Shown here piece after piece: positions 61,317 through 64,000 of a stretch of DNA of 64,000 nucleotides. The notes beneath the pieces were generated by a model that worked only from the letters and a program-made list of their open reading frames with translations, did no database searches and was not told where the DNA came from. Source of the DNA: Pristiophorus japonicus (lineage: Eukaryota). A program made the position numbers and the translations under genes. The first letter of the stretch is position 1. Every line of letters begins with the position of its first letter. The DNA lies in the NCBI RefSeq assembly GCF_044704955.1, contig NC_091999.1, forward strand, positions 29,636,001 to 29,700,000, read 5' to 3'.

Positions 61317-63371
61317 ATAAGGAGCATTCACTGATTCAGTAACACTTGTATTTGTGTCTTTATTTTATATTTCTGTTTATTTTAATAATTATTTCGTTCA
61401 CTGAAACTTGGGTCCGGTGGATTTTGTTTTGAGATTTTTTGCAATTATCAATGTGATTCTGCTGCAAAGTGATTATAGGATTCAACTGTTTCTCCACAGA
61501 AAATGTTGTTCATGTGATTTGGTATTTATTTGCTGATGAGACTGTGTGTCGAGGTTACTTTAAATACCTTATGATTATTACACTGTTTGACGTTTCTGCA
61601 ATGTTTAATCTTGGTGACCTCTGATTGCTGCAGTTTTTCTGATCGAATGCAAACATTGTGTTTGAATGTGTTTAAAAGAACATTGTAGGCACAAAACAGA
61701 GAGCTTAGAGGTCAGTAAATAACCTTAAGGTCTTTTAAGTTTTTTCATGAAAATTACATTGTCATCTACTGACCGAATGTTCCCGAATGATCAGATTCAA
61801 TACGTGAGTTGTAATTAAGAACTGAAAAATTAACATATTTCCAGCTGGAACACATTTAAATTAACATTATTATAACGTAGTAATATCACCAATTATTATT
61901 GAAATAGGCTATAATATCAAAATTAATGTATTTAACATGATCCGTCCAATCACAATTCTCTGTCAGTATTTTATATTTCTGTTGAATTCAATCTTTCGTT
62001 ATTTCAGTGTTAGGCGGGTTTGGTGATTGTGTAATGAGATTTTTTGCAATGATACATTTGATTCTGCTGAAAGGGTTTATAGAATTACGGATCTGCTCCA
62101 TGAAAGGTTCTGTCGAGGGATTCCGCCCCTCAGCGATGTGATTTAGTGTTGATCTGCTGAGGAGAGTTTGTGCCTGTGTTACTCAGAATACCTAGAATTT
62201 GTGAAACTGTTTGGCGTTTCTACAATGTTTAATATCGGTGACAGCAGCAGGTTTCTGATCGAATCCAAACACGATATGTATTTTGAAACTGTTTGAAAAC
62301 AGTCGGTAGGCAAAGAACAGGACGGGTTTAGACATCAGAAATTATTGAAAGGTATTTTAACATCACAATTATTGAAGTGATAATTATATATTCAACTATT
62401 AATCTATGTTGACGATGCTGGTATATTAATATGTGAAATGTAACTAGTTGCCATCTACATAATTAACTTATTCAGGTTGTAGTTGGATTAAATTACTATT
62501 AACCAACCGATTATAATGCAATAATATCTCTGAATGTTATTCAAATATGCTATAAGTCCAATGTTCATTTACTTAATATTATTCGCCTTCAAAAATCCTG
62601 CTCTACACTGGGCACCATTAAGGGAAGCAGAAACTTTTAGAGGCTGGATACAGTTATTAATTATGCCTGCAATTATTTCATTAACAACATACTGATTCCA
62701 CCGCTGTGTTCAGTTTGAGTCGGGAGTTCAATTACTTGCTACCTCCTGTTTACACAGATGAATGACTGAGTGCAATTAATTATAACTTAAAGCTGTGTTG
62801 CAAATTCCATTTTGTCAATTTAATCTATCTGCCGGGGTATGACATTCTCACTGTGTAGCAGAAATTTGTTATTGAATCAATATTGTGTGTTGTTTGATAG
62901 AATTATCACTAAGTTAATCTTGAACACTTTGCAAGAACAAAAGCTGAGAGACAGGCGTCGCTGGCAGTCAAAGAATTGTTCATGTAATTATATTGAAATT
63001 CAAGGCAGGTTCCGACTGCGTATGGCTGGAGACAGCAAATAATCCATTGAAATTCAAGCAGATTAATTTACTTACAAAAGGTTCATCTCATTTTAAATTT
63101 CAAACAAATTCCTATCTCCCAAAACGCTGCTGTATGCGGAATAGAACGGTAGACAAAGCACAAATCATATCTGAGAGCTATGTTTAATTCGTATTAATAT
63201 TAAATTGATGAACAATGTCTCTCCTCCATTTGCTCATTCAGTTTCAGTGCCCCAGATGGTCTGAATGAATTGTTCTCCTCTAGTTTTACACTGACCATTC
63301 TGGAAACTATTTTCAAGAAGTAGCAGAATATATTTAATCATTAACTTACGGGCATTTTGTGAATAACTGGA

Positions 63372-63457
63372 GTGTTCAGCCATGAACTCATTGAATGGCG
63401 GTGCAGGCGCGAAGGGCCGAATGGCCTACTCCTGCAGCTATTTTCTATGTTTCTATG
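63372..63457 (+). mobile_element. short CR1 3'-end fragment
   Basis: GTTCAGCCATGAACTCATTGAATGGCGGTGCAGG...TTTCTATGTTTCTATG. Confidence 0.8.
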
Positions 63458-64000
63458 AACGTTAAAAGATTGTCTGTGTTATTAAGTAGCGGAGGCTCTG
63501 CTACTGACTGCAAACTGCAAGGATGGATTTTAATTAATAAAACCATTTTTGGGGTTTAAGATTGAGGAGAATATTTCAGCTCGAGATTCCAGCATTAGTA
63601 AACAAGCGGTTTACAGCCCATCGGAGTTGTGACCCCGGCTGGACAGAGAACTATTTAAATTAGTCCACCCCCAAATCCATCATGTGAAATGTTCTCTGCG
63701 AATAGACGCAGTTTATGCTATATTAGAAAAATGCAGATTTTAAAAAGGTGTCGGTCGAGAGCGGGACAATAGTTGAACTGCGTGATTATTGTCAATTATT
63801 CAAGTTTGATTCCATTTAAGTAAAAATAAGGTATATTTCTGAGTAGTTATGTATTAATATGCTGCTTAATATTTTAATATTGATTAATTGTTATGGTAAG
63901 TTAAGTAAACCATAATATATCACAAGTTATCAGGCAGAAAAGGTTTTAGAATTATTAATAATTACTTGTATTTGTATGGCTGAAATTCAAGCACATTAAT

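Overview
Eukaryotic genomic DNA from a cartilaginous fish (shark/ray type), judged from its IgM sequences and repeat families. It is a repeat-rich, decayed antigen-receptor region. The left end holds the 3' part of an IgM heavy-chain cluster (Cmu3, Cmu4 with secretory tail, TM1, TM2; defective). The right end holds the 5' part of a second, same-orientation IgH cluster whose segments look pre-joined in the germline as V-D1 [22-RSS] ... [12-RSS] D2-J (pseudogene). In the ~56 kb between them are four TCR alpha/delta-type V pseudogenes with 23-bp RSSs, one of them split by a full-length CR1 LINE. There is also a very decayed candidate NAR-type V lying just upstream of the delta-like V, and a GPR139-like GPCR pseudo-exon. 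The rest is CR1/L2/Ingi-like LINEs, SINEs, a Harbinger-like TIR element, several satellites and three N-gaps. The most notable signals are the interleaving of IgH, TCR-V and possibly NAR-V segments with 12/23-compatible RSSs, and the VD-DJ germline-joined IgH gene. All calls come from reading and manual translation plus recalled family consensus; no searches were run.
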